The notes under the pieces: model-generated
Databases searched by the model: none
What the model was told of the DNA's origin: nothing
What the model saw: only the letters and a program-made list of their open reading frames with translations
Position numbers and translations under genes: made by a program
Part shown: in pieces, positions 10,045-19,490 of the stretch
Numbering within the stretch: position 1 is the stretch's first letter
How the letters are laid out: each line of letters opens with the position of its first letter
NCBI GenBank assembly: GCA_023137195.1
Contig: JAGLPV010000032.1
Location: forward strand, 1-35,229
Length of the DNA: 35,229 nucleotides
Direction: 5' to 3'
Source: Candidatus Aenigmatarchaeota archaeon
GTDB lineage: Archaea > EX4484-52

Positions 10045-13000
10045 TTAATTTCTCAATATTTCTTTCACAGTATCCTCAAGAGCTATTATTTTAGGATAAT
10101 ATGTAGCTAAATCCAATTCTTTTGATTCCTGTCCACATAATGTTCCGACATTCACCAGGCAATATCTTTGCTCTGCTATCCATTGACCATTTACTGGGTC
10201 CGAGGTACATTCGACTTCATTAGCATCATGCTCTTCATCATTTTCTACGCCAATCCTGCCAGGGATAATTGTTTCATTTAATATCCTGTTTAGTTCGTAA
10301 ATTAGCTCTAGTTTTTCAAAATCTTCTATTGTTTTGTCTGTTTTTCTTAAGATTTCTTCTGCCTTCTGCTGTGCTGTCGAAATATCTGAAACAAGTGTGT
10401 TTATTTGAGAGATATTTTCTGACACATCATCAGTTGGTATTTCAACACAGAATCTTTTGGAATTAGGTGCATTTATATAATACTGAGTACAGTTGGTGTC
10501 TGTGTAATCCACCCAGTTAAGCCATTCAGCTCGTTTGCCGAGTGCATTTGTTGCAAGACCGTATTTATTCCCAATAAATATTATGTGTTCTGGTTTTGTT
10601 GCTTTTCCTGCGGGCACTATATTTACTATTATGTTTGTAGGTATAATATTGAATATGGTGTAGCTCTCTATTGTGGATAAATTTTCAACATCAAAACCAT
10701 CTTTATGTCCGCTGCTCCAATGGTCGCAGTCAAAAAGAGAGTATTTATAAGTTTTATTTGACAGAAAATAGGCGTGGTAGGTATATTCAACCATCCCTTC
10801 TACTTTTTCTTTTAAATCTCTTGTTGTTTCTAATGGTATATTTATAGTTTCTGTTTCGCTTTTCTTTAGTCTTGCGTATTGGTCTATGGCTGAAGAAATC
10901 AATGCAGCATCATCAAGGAATTCATTGTCTATGCCTGAAAGGGAGGCTGCATCTGTATCTGCACGGGAAGCAAGATATGTTGCGATAGTTCCAATTTGTT
11001 TTAATTTATCCATATCTATTTTCAAATCTGATTCGATTTCAGGTCCATCCAACCCGGAATTGTAATCAAAGCAGTGTTTTTTATCATCCCACCAGTCTAG
11101 GTCTTTTATCCAGTCCTTTGCATTTTTTATATAGCCTCCGTCGCAGAGATAATAATAATCTCTTTGCTTATCACAGCTAAGCAGTTCGTATTTGTCTTCG
11201 TATGTTACTGCCTGTGGACATTGTTTGAATTCCCTTGCATCGGCAGACATTGAATTTATTACACTGAACTGTGTTGTTGATTTAAGAGCATAGCTGTAGT
11301 CTATATGTGCTTTAAATGTATATTCTGCCAGGTCTATCACTTTGCTTACTGCCTCTGGCTTCAGTTGTATGGGACAGGAATAAACATTGCCTATTTCTGT
11401 CGAGAAACATCTCTGGCTTGTCCCGTGTAGTTCAACCCAGCATTTCTGGTAGTCCTCTTCTTGTTCGCAGTTTGAAAAAGAGCACCCCTGCTGACCTGTA
11501 GCATCATATGTAAATATATTGAAGTCTAATGGTATGTAAACAAGAAAATTATTCATCCTGACCGTTCCTGTATCTAAATTTAATGGGGTGATTACAAATG
11601 TAAATTTGTTGTCAGAAGATATTGGCATAGGGGTCATTGTTTTCATTGACACAGAGATTGGACCTGAAGCAGAAGTTGTTTCCATATTCTCTCTTTTTAA
11701 TTTTCCTTCTTTTATGAGTTCATCGTATTTGGCTTTACTTGCAAATTTCATAGTCCCCAGAGTATCCATGTGATAATCGTACACTGCTTTTGAAATTACG
11801 GTAAACCCTCCTGTGCAGGAAGCAGGAGTCCTTATATTGAACTCAATATTGACCGGTTGTTTTGGAGCAATTTTGTCTATTGTTGATGCCCCGGACAGGC
11901 TTACTCTTGCGATATTCATTGGATTGTACCATCCCTCTTCTTCACCGAAAATACCTGACCATAAGTCTTTTAGTCCAGGTATTCTATGTTTCTGGTTTGG
12001 AATATAAACAGATATTCTTACATTTTCCGCTGCCTTTTCTCCATCATTTTCCAGGATGATGGAGCCACCCCCGGAATCCCCGGAATAATAAGTTGTGAGG
12101 TATGTTTTCATCTCTTTTATTTTTAATGCCTTGGAAGAGACATCTTCTGACTTGTCTGTGCCTTCTTTAAAGAAATAATCCTGATACCATTTCATTGGAT
12201 CGGTTAATAAAAGCATTGTGCCGTTGAGTCCTTTTTTGATTGGATCTAAAAACGGCATTAATTCATTGGAACCCTGGTTTACTTTCATATCTGTGAGGAA
12301 TGTTATCTGAGAGAATATTGGGAAGATTACGAAAGCTATGGTTAAAAAGACGAAAATGTTTGAGAAAAAAGCCGCTACTCGTCTCCATATAACGCCCTTC
12401 TCATCAAAAAGAGAAGTTAAAATCGCTTGGGAAAATATTAGTGTGAAAACAAAAACAGTTACTGCAAAAAGAAACCATACTGGGTTAGTTAAAAATTGTA
12501 GACCTATAATTTTAATAAATATAAATGCGGTAATGGAAAAACTAATGCCTCCAGATGGTTTAGAAACAACCATTTTTGATATAATCCATCCTAAAACACC
12601 AAATCCAAGAGAGAGCATAAAAGACAATCTTGCAAACTGCCAGAAATAAATAGTATACATTAAAAAGAAAACTAATGGTATGGTATGGTCGTGTTCTACA
12701 ACAGAAGCTACTTTATTGCCCAATACTTCATGTTTTTGCATCAATACATTAATTTTATCTTCCTGTCTTTGAGCAAAACGTTTCAACTTGTTTTTCACGC
12801 CTGTCCTTGCGATATGTTTTTCTGCATATTCTTTGTGATTTTCTTCACTTTTAAGAATTTTATCGATAGCTGCTTGTTTTTCTTCATCACTAAGGTGAGA
12901 AGATTCAGATATTTTTTTGATTTTTTCTTTAATTTTTTTCGCTCCGATTGTTTTTTTACTATATATATTTACTTCCTTATTTTGGATTCTTCTTGCTTGT

Positions 13001-13215
13001 ATTTTTTTCTCATAAGCAATCTGAGGTACTGCTTTTTTCAGCATTTTTTTTAAAACAAGTAAGTCCTTTGGATCTGCATTCCTTACAGGCTCCCAGTCAT
13101 GGGCACGATAGCTTAATAATTGTTCATAGAGAGCAGACCATCTTTTGACCACATTATGCATTTCTTCCTCGTCTTTTTCCTTCTGTTCCTCTGCATTTCT
13201 TTGGTCATCGCCCAT
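10045..13215 (-). CDS. Large hypothetical membrane protein (charged N-terminus, ~6 TM, large Cys-containing extracellular region)
   Basis: 1056-aa ORF; hydrophobic block at about aa 178-305; beta-sandwich domains ending in YDY and IDYSY with a SGPISVS linker. Confidence 0.8.
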   Translation of the reverse strand: MGDDQRNAEEQKEKDEEEMHNVVKRWSALYEQLLSYRAHDWEPVRNADPKDLLVLKKMLKKAVPQIAYEKKIQARRIQNKEVNIYSKKTIGAKKIKEKIKKISESSHLSDEEKQAAIDKILKSEENHKEYAEKHIARTGVKNKLKRFAQRQEDKINVLMQKHEVLGNKVASVVEHDHTIPLVFFLMYTIYFWQFARLSFMLSLGFGVLGWIISKMVVSKPSGGISFSITAFIFIKIIGLQFLTNPVWFLFAVTVFVFTLIFSQAILTSLFDEKGVIWRRVAAFFSNIFVFLTIAFVIFPIFSQITFLTDMKVNQGSNELMPFLDPIKKGLNGTMLLLTDPMKWYQDYFFKEGTDKSEDVSSKALKIKEMKTYLTTYYSGDSGGGSIILENDGEKAAENVRISVYIPNQKHRIPGLKDLWSGIFGEEEGWYNPMNIARVSLSGASTIDKIAPKQPVNIEFNIRTPASCTGGFTVISKAVYDYHMDTLGTMKFASKAKYDELIKEGKLKRENMETTSASGPISVSMKTMTPMPISSDNKFTFVITPLNLDTGTVRMNNFLVYIPLDFNIFTYDATGQQGCSFSNCEQEEDYQKCWVELHGTSQRCFSTEIGNVYSCPIQLKPEAVSKVIDLAEYTFKAHIDYSYALKSTTQFSVINSMSADAREFKQCPQAVTYEDKYELLSCDKQRDYYYLCDGGYIKNAKDWIKDLDWWDDKKHCFDYNSGLDGPEIESDLKIDMDKLKQIGTIATYLASRADTDAASLSGIDNEFLDDAALISSAIDQYARLKKSETETINIPLETTRDLKEKVEGMVEYTYHAYFLSNKTYKYSLFDCDHWSSGHKDGFDVENLSTIESYTIFNIIPTNIIVNIVPAGKATKPEHIIFIGNKYGLATNALGKRAEWLNWVDYTDTNCTQYYINAPNSKRFCVEIPTDDVSENISQINTLVSDISTAQQKAEEILRKTDKTIEDFEKLELIYELNRILNETIIPGRIGVENDEEHDANEVECTSDPVNGQWIAEQRYCLVNVGTLCGQESKELDLATYYPKIIALEDTVKEILRN

Positions 13216-13290
13216 AGTTATAGAAATATTTGTTTATTACATTTATATAGTTTTCAAGAAATAAAATAATAAAATATTGATATTATACTA

Positions 13291-14565
13291 CTAAGAATTT
13301 GCATTGTTTCGACATAATTTTTTAAGTTGCTTTTTTTCTCTTTTCCTTTTTTCATTATTATCTATTTCTATTCTTTCTTTTTGTTTATATATTTCCTTCA
13401 AGCAAACTTCCTCTAAACCTTTTAGACACAAATAATCTTTGTCATGTAAATAAAAATCAATAGTTGTCTTAAACAATCCAATATAGATTTCGTCTTTATC
13501 TAAATTTAAACTTTTTAAATTCTGAATGACATTTTTCATGGTTTTTCTGTAAATAAGTATTCGTTGGCGCAATTTTCTTGTTTTAAGAAGTTGTGCTCCA
13601 TCATTTACCAGCCAGATAATTACAGGAATATATGCAATTGTATTTTCAACAACCCTTTCTTTTTTTCTATCCATCTCGATTTTATTTGTCAAAATCTCTT
13701 TCATTGTTTTATATGGCTCGAGTTCAAAAACACTGGCGATATTATTTATGACCATTGTTATTCTTTCTAAACCAAAGCCCCCTGCTATTGGCCTTGGATT
13801 CAAATGAAGTAAAAATTTATTGCCATTTAGTTTGTCTTCAAAATTTTTTTGTGGTAGATTTAATTTTAAAGCAACTGTTTTTTTGAAATAGTCTTCTTTT
13901 ACAAAAACACCAATTTCTATCTTCTTATTCTTTATTTTATAATAAGGTTCTGATCTTACACCGGAAAAATTCTCTCTTGCATTAAGCACAATGCTATCTA
14001 GTCCAGATGGATCTACTCTGTCTATTTCACCACATGCAATTAGCTGATTATTTTTTATCCCTTGTTTTTTCCATGCATTTTTTGCTTCTTCATCGGACGG
14101 TATATAAATGCCTTCTTTTTGCATTTTTTTAAATTCCATCCCCTGACATGCTTTAGTTACATCAGATTTTAAATTAATTCCTTTCCCATATACTTTTCCA
14201 CCTTTCCAATATGCAATTTGAAGTTTATTTAAATTCAAACCACATTCTTCAAAAAAAGCAAAATTGTCAGCAATGACTTTTTCTCTAGGATACATATTCC
14301 AAGTAAGGTCTAAAAGCATCCAAAAAAACGGAAGATGTGTTTTATCAGGAGTATCAAAATGCCTGAAACATCTTTGACACACAGCATGCCCTTCCTTGTT
14401 AAAAGGAGTTTTATTTAATTTTTCATTAAACCAGTTAACGCCTCCGCTAATAGTAAAACAATGAGGAAAAACCGAATCAACCAATTTGTCCGGTTGTCGA
14501 ATAGACCATCCTCTTTTTTTCATAAATTTCAAATATTTTTTCTTGACTTGAATTGTGTTTATCAT
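13291..14565 (-). CDS. Truncated, divergent alanyl-tRNA synthetase catalytic-domain paralog
   Basis: YLKFMKKRG, FTISG, CQRCFR...THLPFFWML (motif 2), IEIG, GFGLERITMV...SVFE (motif 3); no editing or C-Ala domain. Confidence 0.75.
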   Translation of the reverse strand: MINTIQVKKKYLKFMKKRGWSIRQPDKLVDSVFPHCFTISGGVNWFNEKLNKTPFNKEGHAVCQRCFRHFDTPDKTHLPFFWMLLDLTWNMYPREKVIADNFAFFEECGLNLNKLQIAYWKGGKVYGKGINLKSDVTKACQGMEFKKMQKEGIYIPSDEEAKNAWKKQGIKNNQLIACGEIDRVDPSGLDSIVLNARENFSGVRSEPYYKIKNKKIEIGVFVKEDYFKKTVALKLNLPQKNFEDKLNGNKFLLHLNPRPIAGGFGLERITMVINNIASVFELEPYKTMKEILTNKIEMDRKKERVVENTIAYIPVIIWLVNDGAQLLKTRKLRQRILIYRKTMKNVIQNLKSLNLDKDEIYIGLFKTTIDFYLHDKDYLCLKGLEEVCLKEIYKQKERIEIDNNEKRKREKKQLKKLCRNNANS

Positions 14566-14603
14566 ATTATTATCTTACAATTATTTAAGAGTAATTTCAT
14601 ACA

Positions 14604-14675
14604 TTATTTTTGTTTTCCGTAATGTTGCCTAAAATCTCTGCTTTTAATTTGCCTCTTTATATTTTCTTTTACCAT
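14604..14675 (-). CDS. Putative 23-aa micro-protein MVKENIKRQIKSRDFRQHYGKQK
   Basis: Manual translation; shares a motif and an upstream TTAACGCTTA with the 14798-14914 ORF. Confidence 0.35.
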   Translation of the reverse strand: MVKENIKRQIKSRDFRQHYGKQK

Positions 14676-14797
14676 GCTCCAGTAGTAACTTTATTATATA
14701 ATAAATAACAGAAAAACATATAAGCGTTAAATACAATGTATCTCCTAAAAAATTAAAAAATAACAAACCTTTTTATCCAAAAGTAGAAAACCGGATT

Positions 14798-14914
14798 TTA
14801 TTTCTTCGACACTTTGCCCATTTGCAGTTTTTTGTAATGCTTGATAAATTTGTCTGATTTTTTGATTATCTCTTCAATGAGTTTTTCATCTTTTTTCTTT
14901 TTGTTTTTAGGCAT
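14798..14914 (-). CDS. Putative 38-aa basic micro-protein MPKNKKKKDEKLIEEIIKKSDKFIKHYKKLQMGKVSKK
   Basis: Manual translation; TATA-like TTAAATA about 25 nt upstream of ATG; codon and amino-acid usage like neighbouring genes. Confidence 0.55.
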   Translation of the reverse strand: MPKNKKKKDEKLIEEIIKKSDKFIKHYKKLQMGKVSKK

Positions 14915-15016
14915 AGACAAATATATTGATTAAATATTTAAGCGTTAATCAACCTTTTCCACAGGAGCACATATTTTATTTAAATTCTTCATTTAAGAAA
15001 AAATAATTTAGTTTCC

Positions 15017-16708
15017 TTACCTGTGCCCAAAATAAGCGCAAATATATTCTCCTTTCTTAACTAGATTCACAAATCCAACCCGCTCAAACTGGACAACCCC
15101 TTTTTCTTTAACCGCATTTTTCTCCATCCATCCCGAAAAAAGAGTATTCTTCTCATCAAGAAAAGATATTGGCACTGAATCCTTTTCACAGAGCCAGTGT
15201 ATAATCTGCATGCCTTTTTCTATTTCCCTACCACAATAGGATGCACTAATTAAATCTTTCTCAATTGCCTTTATTTTGACATTAAATAGCCCCTTAAGTC
15301 TTATTGTAATATCTTTTTTTTTCGCATTTTCAAGCAATTTCAAATCATCTGAAGTCAAAGAAACAGTTTCATCAAAATTAAGAGTCCTGTCTCCTCTCTT
15401 TTGGTCTTCCGGGTGCAAAGGTATTTTCACTGTTTTTATTTTTGGTGCATCTGTAATCTTCATCTTAATTGGATTTTTCACAAAAAAATACCTGTTTTTC
15501 TCCTCAACATATTTCTTGTTCATCGCATAAAGAATATCCAAAGATACATTGATGTCGCTTCTCTTCATCCCGTTGCTCATCACAAAGTCCACAACAGAGC
15601 GGGAATCTATCCCTCTTTTTGCCAAAGACTTTATGCTGTATGTTCTGGGATCTTCCCACGATACAAGTTTTCCTTCACCAATCAATTCAGATATTTTAGA
15701 TGTACTCTTCACTCCTTCAATCAAAAACTTTCCGGTAACTATATTTTGAGGCAATTTCCAGCCAAGATAATCATGCAAAAATTTATGCTTTTCTTCCCTG
15801 CCTAAAAAATCTATGCCTCTTATAACCTGTGTGACCCCGTCAAGGTGGTCCTGTACGGGAGATGCAAAATCATACAATGGCCATACTCTTGTATCTTTTA
15901 AATATGGGTGATTATTGTCTTTTTCCTCTATTATTCGAAAAATGGGAAAATCCCTCATTGCAGGATTCTTGTGCTTTATGTCTGTCTTCAATACAAGCAC
16001 AGCCTCTCCGCTTTTGTAGCCGGAAAACATTTTATCCCATCTTTCCTTATGGATGGATGATGGTTTATCCCTGCACGGGCATGCGATTTTCTTGTTTTTC
16101 AGCTCCCTGAACTTATCCATACATGTGCACACATAAGCATGATTTTTTTCAATAAGTTTTCCTGCCAACTCATAATAAATGTCGAATTTTGTCGACTGCC
16201 TGTAAACAAGGTCCGGCTTTATTCCGAGGTAGCTGATGTCTCTTTTTATCCAGTCGTAAGCTTCTTTTAACGGCACTTTTATCCTAGGATCTGTGTCCTC
16301 GAAACGCAGAATGTATTTTCCCTTGTATTTCTTCACATAATGCCAGTTAAGAAGAGCAATACGGCAATGCCCTAATGACAGAGGACCGTTCGGGTTCGGG
16401 GCAAATCGCATAACTACTTTGCCTTCATGCGCATCTATTAAATCAGGAAATTCTTTTTTTTCTTTTACCTGTTTTTTTTCTATTCTCAGGTTTTTTTCTT
16501 CAGCCATTTTTTGCTGTTCTTCAAAAGACAGGTTATTGATATAATCTGCGCATTCGTTCGCTGTTTTGCTTGTGCCTTTAAAATCTTTCCTGCATTCAGG
16601 AATACTTGCCATTGCAGAATTTAATACGGCCTTGTTGTTTGCAGTTCCTTTAAATCTCAATGCATTTTCAAGAGCAATCAAAATGATTTTTTCTTTTAGA
16701 TTAGACAT
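15017..16708 (-). CDS. gltX: Glutamate--tRNA ligase, archaeal type
   Basis: ALENA N-domain, MRFAPNPNGPLSLGH, LRFEDTDP, WPLYDF, QFERVGF. Confidence 0.97.
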   Translation of the reverse strand: MSNLKEKIILIALENALRFKGTANNKAVLNSAMASIPECRKDFKGTSKTANECADYINNLSFEEQQKMAEEKNLRIEKKQVKEKKEFPDLIDAHEGKVVMRFAPNPNGPLSLGHCRIALLNWHYVKKYKGKYILRFEDTDPRIKVPLKEAYDWIKRDISYLGIKPDLVYRQSTKFDIYYELAGKLIEKNHAYVCTCMDKFRELKNKKIACPCRDKPSSIHKERWDKMFSGYKSGEAVLVLKTDIKHKNPAMRDFPIFRIIEEKDNNHPYLKDTRVWPLYDFASPVQDHLDGVTQVIRGIDFLGREEKHKFLHDYLGWKLPQNIVTGKFLIEGVKSTSKISELIGEGKLVSWEDPRTYSIKSLAKRGIDSRSVVDFVMSNGMKRSDINVSLDILYAMNKKYVEEKNRYFFVKNPIKMKITDAPKIKTVKIPLHPEDQKRGDRTLNFDETVSLTSDDLKLLENAKKKDITIRLKGLFNVKIKAIEKDLISASYCGREIEKGMQIIHWLCEKDSVPISFLDEKNTLFSGWMEKNAVKEKGVVQFERVGFVNLVKKGEYICAYFGHR

Positions 16709-16757
16709 AGTTGATTAAAAGAGAATTATATTTAAATATGTTGAGAATTATGTTTTT

Positions 16758-17252
16758 TTATCCAAACCAATCAACACAATCTTTTATTGATTTCAAAAAA
16801 CTTTTCTGGTTCCTGTCTAACTCTTCAATCAATTCTTCTTTAGAGAACCATTTTATTGCTTCAACTTCTTCCTTTTGAATTTTAAAATCTTCTATTTTTC
16901 TATCAATTGTTGCCGTGTACCATTGGCAAAAATAATTATACTTTGTCTTAACCCTTGCTTTGTGAGCTTTCTTAAATAGACGCTTCTTTAATCCGAGTTC
17001 TTCTTCAGCTTCTTTTTTTATATTAGAGTCGTATGTTTCTCCTTCCTCAACTGTTCCTGCAACGGCAGGTCCCCATTTCCCGGGACTGTGCTTTTTTGAA
17101 AAAGATCTTTGAGCTAAAAGACTTTCACCATTGGAATTTTTAATCCATAATGCAGAAACGCGGTAAATCTCTTCTCTGTTTAACTTGATTCTTTCCTTGC
17201 AGTTGATTATCCTGTCCTTCTCATCGACAATAATTATTTTTGCATCAACCAT
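16758..17252 (-). CDS. NUDIX hydrolase (YfcD/IDI1-like fold)
   Basis: LAQRSFSKKHSPGKW, Nudix box AGTVEEGETY...KEAEEELGL, QKEEV. Confidence 0.88.
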   Translation of the reverse strand: MVDAKIIIVDEKDRIINCKERIKLNREEIYRVSALWIKNSNGESLLAQRSFSKKHSPGKWGPAVAGTVEEGETYDSNIKKEAEEELGLKKRLFKKAHKARVKTKYNYFCQWYTATIDRKIEDFKIQKEEVEAIKWFSKEELIEELDRNQKSFLKSIKDCVDWFG

Positions 17253-17313
17253 AGGATTACTAAAATTTTAAAATTATAAATTTATGGAAGGAAAACGCAC
17301 CATGGGTCGTATA

Positions 17314-17348
17314 ACAAAAAGACTATTTTCTGGGAGTTGTCTTTTTGT
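17314..17348. other. 10-bp-stem hairpin in the divergent Nudix/coaDE intergenic region
   Basis: ACAAAAAGAC (17314-17323) / GTCTTTTTGT (17339-17348). Confidence 0.45.
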
Positions 17349-17463
17349 ATAATCTGTAAGCAAGAAGAGCAATTATTAAAACAGCAAATATCATTGCCGC
17401 CAAGAAAAAAATCGTTTAGAAAAACCAACCAAAACTTAATAATAATATTCCCTCCTTTGTTTC

Positions 17464-18507
17464 ATGAAGAAAAAATACTTTGCAGTCATACCGGGAAGCT
17501 TTTGCCCCCCTACAACAGGACACCTAAGCATCGTAAAAGAGGCAAGCGAAATATTTGACAAAGTAAATATTGTCTGTTCCAGAAACAGGTATAAAAAAGA
17601 TTACTGGTTCAGCCAGGAAGAATGCGCCGCAATGTGGCAGTCTATGGATTTGCCAAAGAATGCAAACGTATACACATTTGGGAAAATAAAAAAAATGTTT
17701 TCTCTCCCGTTCAAGGACTTTATTGTAATAAGAGGCATAAGAGACATAAAAAATATGCATGAAGAAAAAAGATCATTGCTGATAAGTCTGGAAGAATTCG
17801 GCGTCGATAAGTTTTTCTTTATCTTCGGAAAAGAGAAGCATAAAGACATATCTTCTGCTAAACTCCGGTACATGGCAGAATACATGGACTTAATTGGCAT
17901 GAAAGAGAAAACAAGCCCTCTTGTGATTTCATACCTGCTTGAAAAAGCTTTGAACATCAAAAAACTCTTTATCGTTTCCGGCAAGACGGGTTCGGGAAAA
18001 ACAAGGATTATAAATGAACTGTCAAAAAAACATCCGGTTGAATACATTGATGTAGATGAATTGGTAAGGGAATTGCATCCTATTGTCAAAGAACATTTCA
18101 ATGCAGATGATGTATTGTCTTTGGTAAAATCCAGACCGGATGAAGTAGCAGATTTTCTGGAGATTCCTTTGATTGAAAAAATACAGGAAAAACTAATAAA
18201 TTTGAAAAAATCAGGCCGACTGGACAAAGATACAATTTTGATGATAGAATGCGCCTATGGACTTAAATACAAAATATTCAAATACCTCGGCGGGAGGATT
18301 TTATACATAGACTCGTCCGAACTAAAGAAAAGAATAATTGAAAGAAAAACACCACAGCACATGGAATTTATCAACAAAATCCCGGGACTGAACAAGAGCA
18401 AAAAAATATGCTCCTCAAACAAACTTAATTTGATTGTCTTTAATAATGATGAGGAAATTGAAGAGGGAAAAATTGAAGAGCTTTATTTGGAATTAAAGGG
18501 ACAATAG
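17464..18507 (+). CDS. Fused bacterial-type phosphopantetheine adenylyltransferase (CoaD) and dephospho-CoA kinase-like P-loop kinase (CoaE)
   Basis: PGSFCPPTTGH, IRGIR, ISSAKLR in the N-half; SGKTGSGKT and IDVDELVRELH in the C-half. Confidence 0.8.
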   Translation: MKKKYFAVIPGSFCPPTTGHLSIVKEASEIFDKVNIVCSRNRYKKDYWFSQEECAAMWQSMDLPKNANVYTFGKIKKMFSLPFKDFIVIRGIRDIKNMHEEKRSLLISLEEFGVDKFFFIFGKEKHKDISSAKLRYMAEYMDLIGMKEKTSPLVISYLLEKALNIKKLFIVSGKTGSGKTRIINELSKKHPVEYIDVDELVRELHPIVKEHFNADDVLSLVKSRPDEVADFLEIPLIEKIQEKLINLKKSGRLDKDTILMIECAYGLKYKIFKYLGGRILYIDSSELKKRIIERKTPQHMEFINKIPGLNKSKKICSSNKLNLIVFNNDEEIEEGKIEELYLELKGQ

Positions 18508-19419
18508 ATTGCATGTCTTTTGCACATTGCCGCCGGTAAGATTCAAAATATCCTTTATATATTTTATAATCTCAACCACATTATACTGGAAAATGTCATC
18601 CCTGACTTCAAAATCATTTATCCATTCATCTGCTTTTTTATACAGCTTGTCTGCTTCAGCGCAGTCATTTTTTAAAAAAGCAAAAACAGCCGCCTTGTTG
18701 AAAGCAAAAATCTCATCAATCAAGGTTGCCTGCTTGTCAGCAAAAGGCTTTTTCAGCTCTGAAAGAAAGATGATTAAATCCCCGATTCTTTCTAATTTTT
18801 CGGCAGCCATCCTCAAATCCATATATCTTGTAAGGGATTCTTCTTCCTTCAAAAAATTCCAGTTTGAAAAATGCTTTCTTACATCCCTTATGAGAATAAA
18901 ATAAAAGGCAGACAACCGCTTGTCTGTCTCTTTTAATTCAGATTTTAATCTTTCTTTTTGCCGGGCATCAGAGGCGGAAAAAATCTCTTTTAATTTGTCA
19001 TACATGTTGCCTGTCAGGAAAAATATTCTCCTGAAGCATTTTTTCGGCGTGATTGTGTCGATGTCATAATTATTTACCTCTATGTGATGCTGGTCTTCCT
19101 CTATTATTTCCACGTTGATGAATTGCTCTAGGTAGTTGTGTATCTTTCTTGCCTGATTTTGGTTTTTTATCCGGATTGTAATAAAATCATATCCATATAG
19201 GTACAGCCTGAAAAAATCACGCTCGAATGATTCTTCATTGTAGAGGATTCCTTTTTGCGGGTGTTTTTTAGCGTGTTTTTGTCCTGAAAGCAAAAGCGTC
19301 CCGCTGGAGAGAACATCGTAATAAATCTTATCTCCCTTGCCTAGTTTGAATGTTTTTATCCATTCTATTGGTAGGGACACCAGATAAGAATTGCTTATTT
19401 TTTGTATTTTTCTTTCCAT
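18493..19419 (-). CDS. AbrB-PhoU family regulator (archaeal phosphate uptake regulator)
   Basis: RKIQKISNSYLVSLPIEW...KGD AbrB domain; YLYGYD; LERIGD PhoU motif. Confidence 0.88.
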   Translation of the reverse strand: MERKIQKISNSYLVSLPIEWIKTFKLGKGDKIYYDVLSSGTLLLSGQKHAKKHPQKGILYNEESFERDFFRLYLYGYDFITIRIKNQNQARKIHNYLEQFINVEIIEEDQHHIEVNNYDIDTITPKKCFRRIFFLTGNMYDKLKEIFSASDARQKERLKSELKETDKRLSAFYFILIRDVRKHFSNWNFLKEEESLTRYMDLRMAAEKLERIGDLIIFLSELKKPFADKQATLIDEIFAFNKAAVFAFLKNDCAEADKLYKKADEWINDFEVRDDIFQYNVVEIIKYIKDILNLTGGNVQKTCNLLSL

Positions 19420-19490
19420 ATTAACACATATTTAAACTAATTTAAACTATTTAAATATACTTTATATATGCCAAAAAAACATAATATCTT

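Noticed and set aside
16758-17252. Nudix protein as type 1 IPP isomerase or CoA pyrophosphatase
   Set aside because: Lacks the IDI1 catalytic Cys and metal His residues (AVAGT in place of the CGH motif) and has no clear CoAse motif; left as generic Nudix
17284-17352. 22-codon ORF upstream of coaDE as a leader peptide
   Set aside because: Too short, with no supporting composition or homology; only the hairpin is retained
17601-18227. 208-aa minus-strand ORF and the other short overlapping ORFs in the track
   Set aside because: Antisense or alternate-frame shadows of well-supported genes with no recognisable motifs
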